Of a stretch of 64,000 nucleotides of DNA, positions 63,423 to 64,000 are shown in pieces (position 1 is the stretch's first letter; every line of letters begins with the position of its first letter). The stretch is from an uncultured Candidatus Saccharibacteria bacterium (lineage in GTDB: Bacteria; Patescibacteriota; Minisyncoccia; Phycocordibacterales; Phycocordibacteraceae): the NCBI GenBank assembly GCA_964548265.1, contig CAZJPR010000003.1, forward strand, positions 279-64,278. Direction: 5' to 3'. The position numbers and the translations under genes were made by a program. The notes beneath the pieces are model-generated. The model saw nothing but the letters and a program-made list of their open reading frames with translations. It searched no databases and was not told the DNA's origin.

Positions 63423-64000
63423 CTATTCGTATTCAATGGTTGCAGGCGGCTTCTGGGTAACGTCGTAGAGGATGCGGTTGACACCACGTACCTTCCCAAC
63501 AATGGCGCTCGAGATGCGCTCCATGAGTTCTGGCGGCATCTTGTGCCAGTCGGCGCTCATGCCATCGACGGAATCAACCGCACGAAGGGCGAGGATGTAT
63601 TCGTAGGTGCGGGCATCCCCCATAACCCCCACTACCTTAAGGGGGAGTAGTGCTGCAAAAGCCTGCCAAATCTTCTCGTATTCACCGGCTTTCTTGAGTT
63701 CCTCTATATAGACGGCGTCTGCCTCTCGAAGGATGGCAAGACGTTCAGGAGTGACTTCGCCGACGATGCGGATGGCGAGCCCTGGGCCTGGGAATGGGTG
63801 GCGCCAGATAAGTTCCTTAGGGAGGCCGAGGGATAGGCCGACGCGGCGTACCTCGTCTTTGTACAAATCCTTAATAGGTTCGAGCACCTTGAGACCGAAG
63901 CGCTCAGGAAGCGTGAGGTTGTGGTGGCTCTTAATCTTTGAAGCTTGCTTGCCCGTTGCTGCCGATTCAATTCGGTCCGGATAAATGGTGCCCTGTGCCA
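63423..64000 (-). CDS. guaA: GMP synthase, C-terminal ATP-pyrophosphatase/dimerisation region (5' part outside window)
   Basis: [27 protein letters not shown]; frame stays open upstream to the window edge (..[17 protein letters not shown]..). Confidence 0.85.
   Translation of the reverse strand, partial: AQGTIYPDRIESAATGKQASKIKSHHNLTLPERFGLKVLEPIKDLYKDEVRRVGLSLGLPKELIWRHPFPGPGLAIRIVGEVTPERLAILREADAVYIEELKKAGEYEKIWQAFAALLPLKVVGVMGDARTYEYILALRAVDSVDGMSADWHKMPPELMERISSAIVGKVRGVNRILYDVTQKPPATIEYE

Overview
This window looks like a moderately GC-rich bacterial chromosome segment that spans the replication origin, with rpmH-rnpA-yidC on the minus strand facing dnaA-dnaN on the plus strand. Most of it is housekeeping. 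Identified genes include lysA-like, rarA, hup, rny, clpP, ppa, nusA, tpiA, pgk, recJ, rnhA, sodA, rpmB, polA, holA-like, ruvABC plus yebC, a murE-like ligase, rpsT and the guaA 3' end. There are six tRNA genes, many rho-independent terminators, a split liv-type branched-chain amino-acid ABC transporter interrupted by a TrmB-like regulator, and a Gram-positive/CPR-style type IV pilus cluster (pilB, pilC, pilins, PilX-like). A split comEC and a second orphan GspE/PilB ATPase are also present. A TrbC/VirB2-like 'T4SS pilin' protein, minimal metabolism and many acidic secreted proteins suggest a Patescibacteria/CPR-like organism; this is inference. The accessory candidates are: (i) a low-GC island next to tRNA-Gly(TCC), bounded by degenerate att-like direct repeats, carrying a tail-anchored membrane protein and an HEPN-motif (Rx4H) protein, followed by DUF2177/DUF1295/SOUL cargo; (ii) a low-GC MrcB_N(DUF3578)-HNH single-gene Type-IV-restriction-like nuclease directly after dnaN; (iii) a three-gene operon built around a T4SS-pilin-like protein with a long Cys-rich C-terminal extension; (iv) several secreted poly-acidic proteins, one with three ~270-bp tandem repeats. 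No CRISPR array, integrase or transposase was seen. All calls rest on reading the translations and the DNA by eye; no database searches were run.
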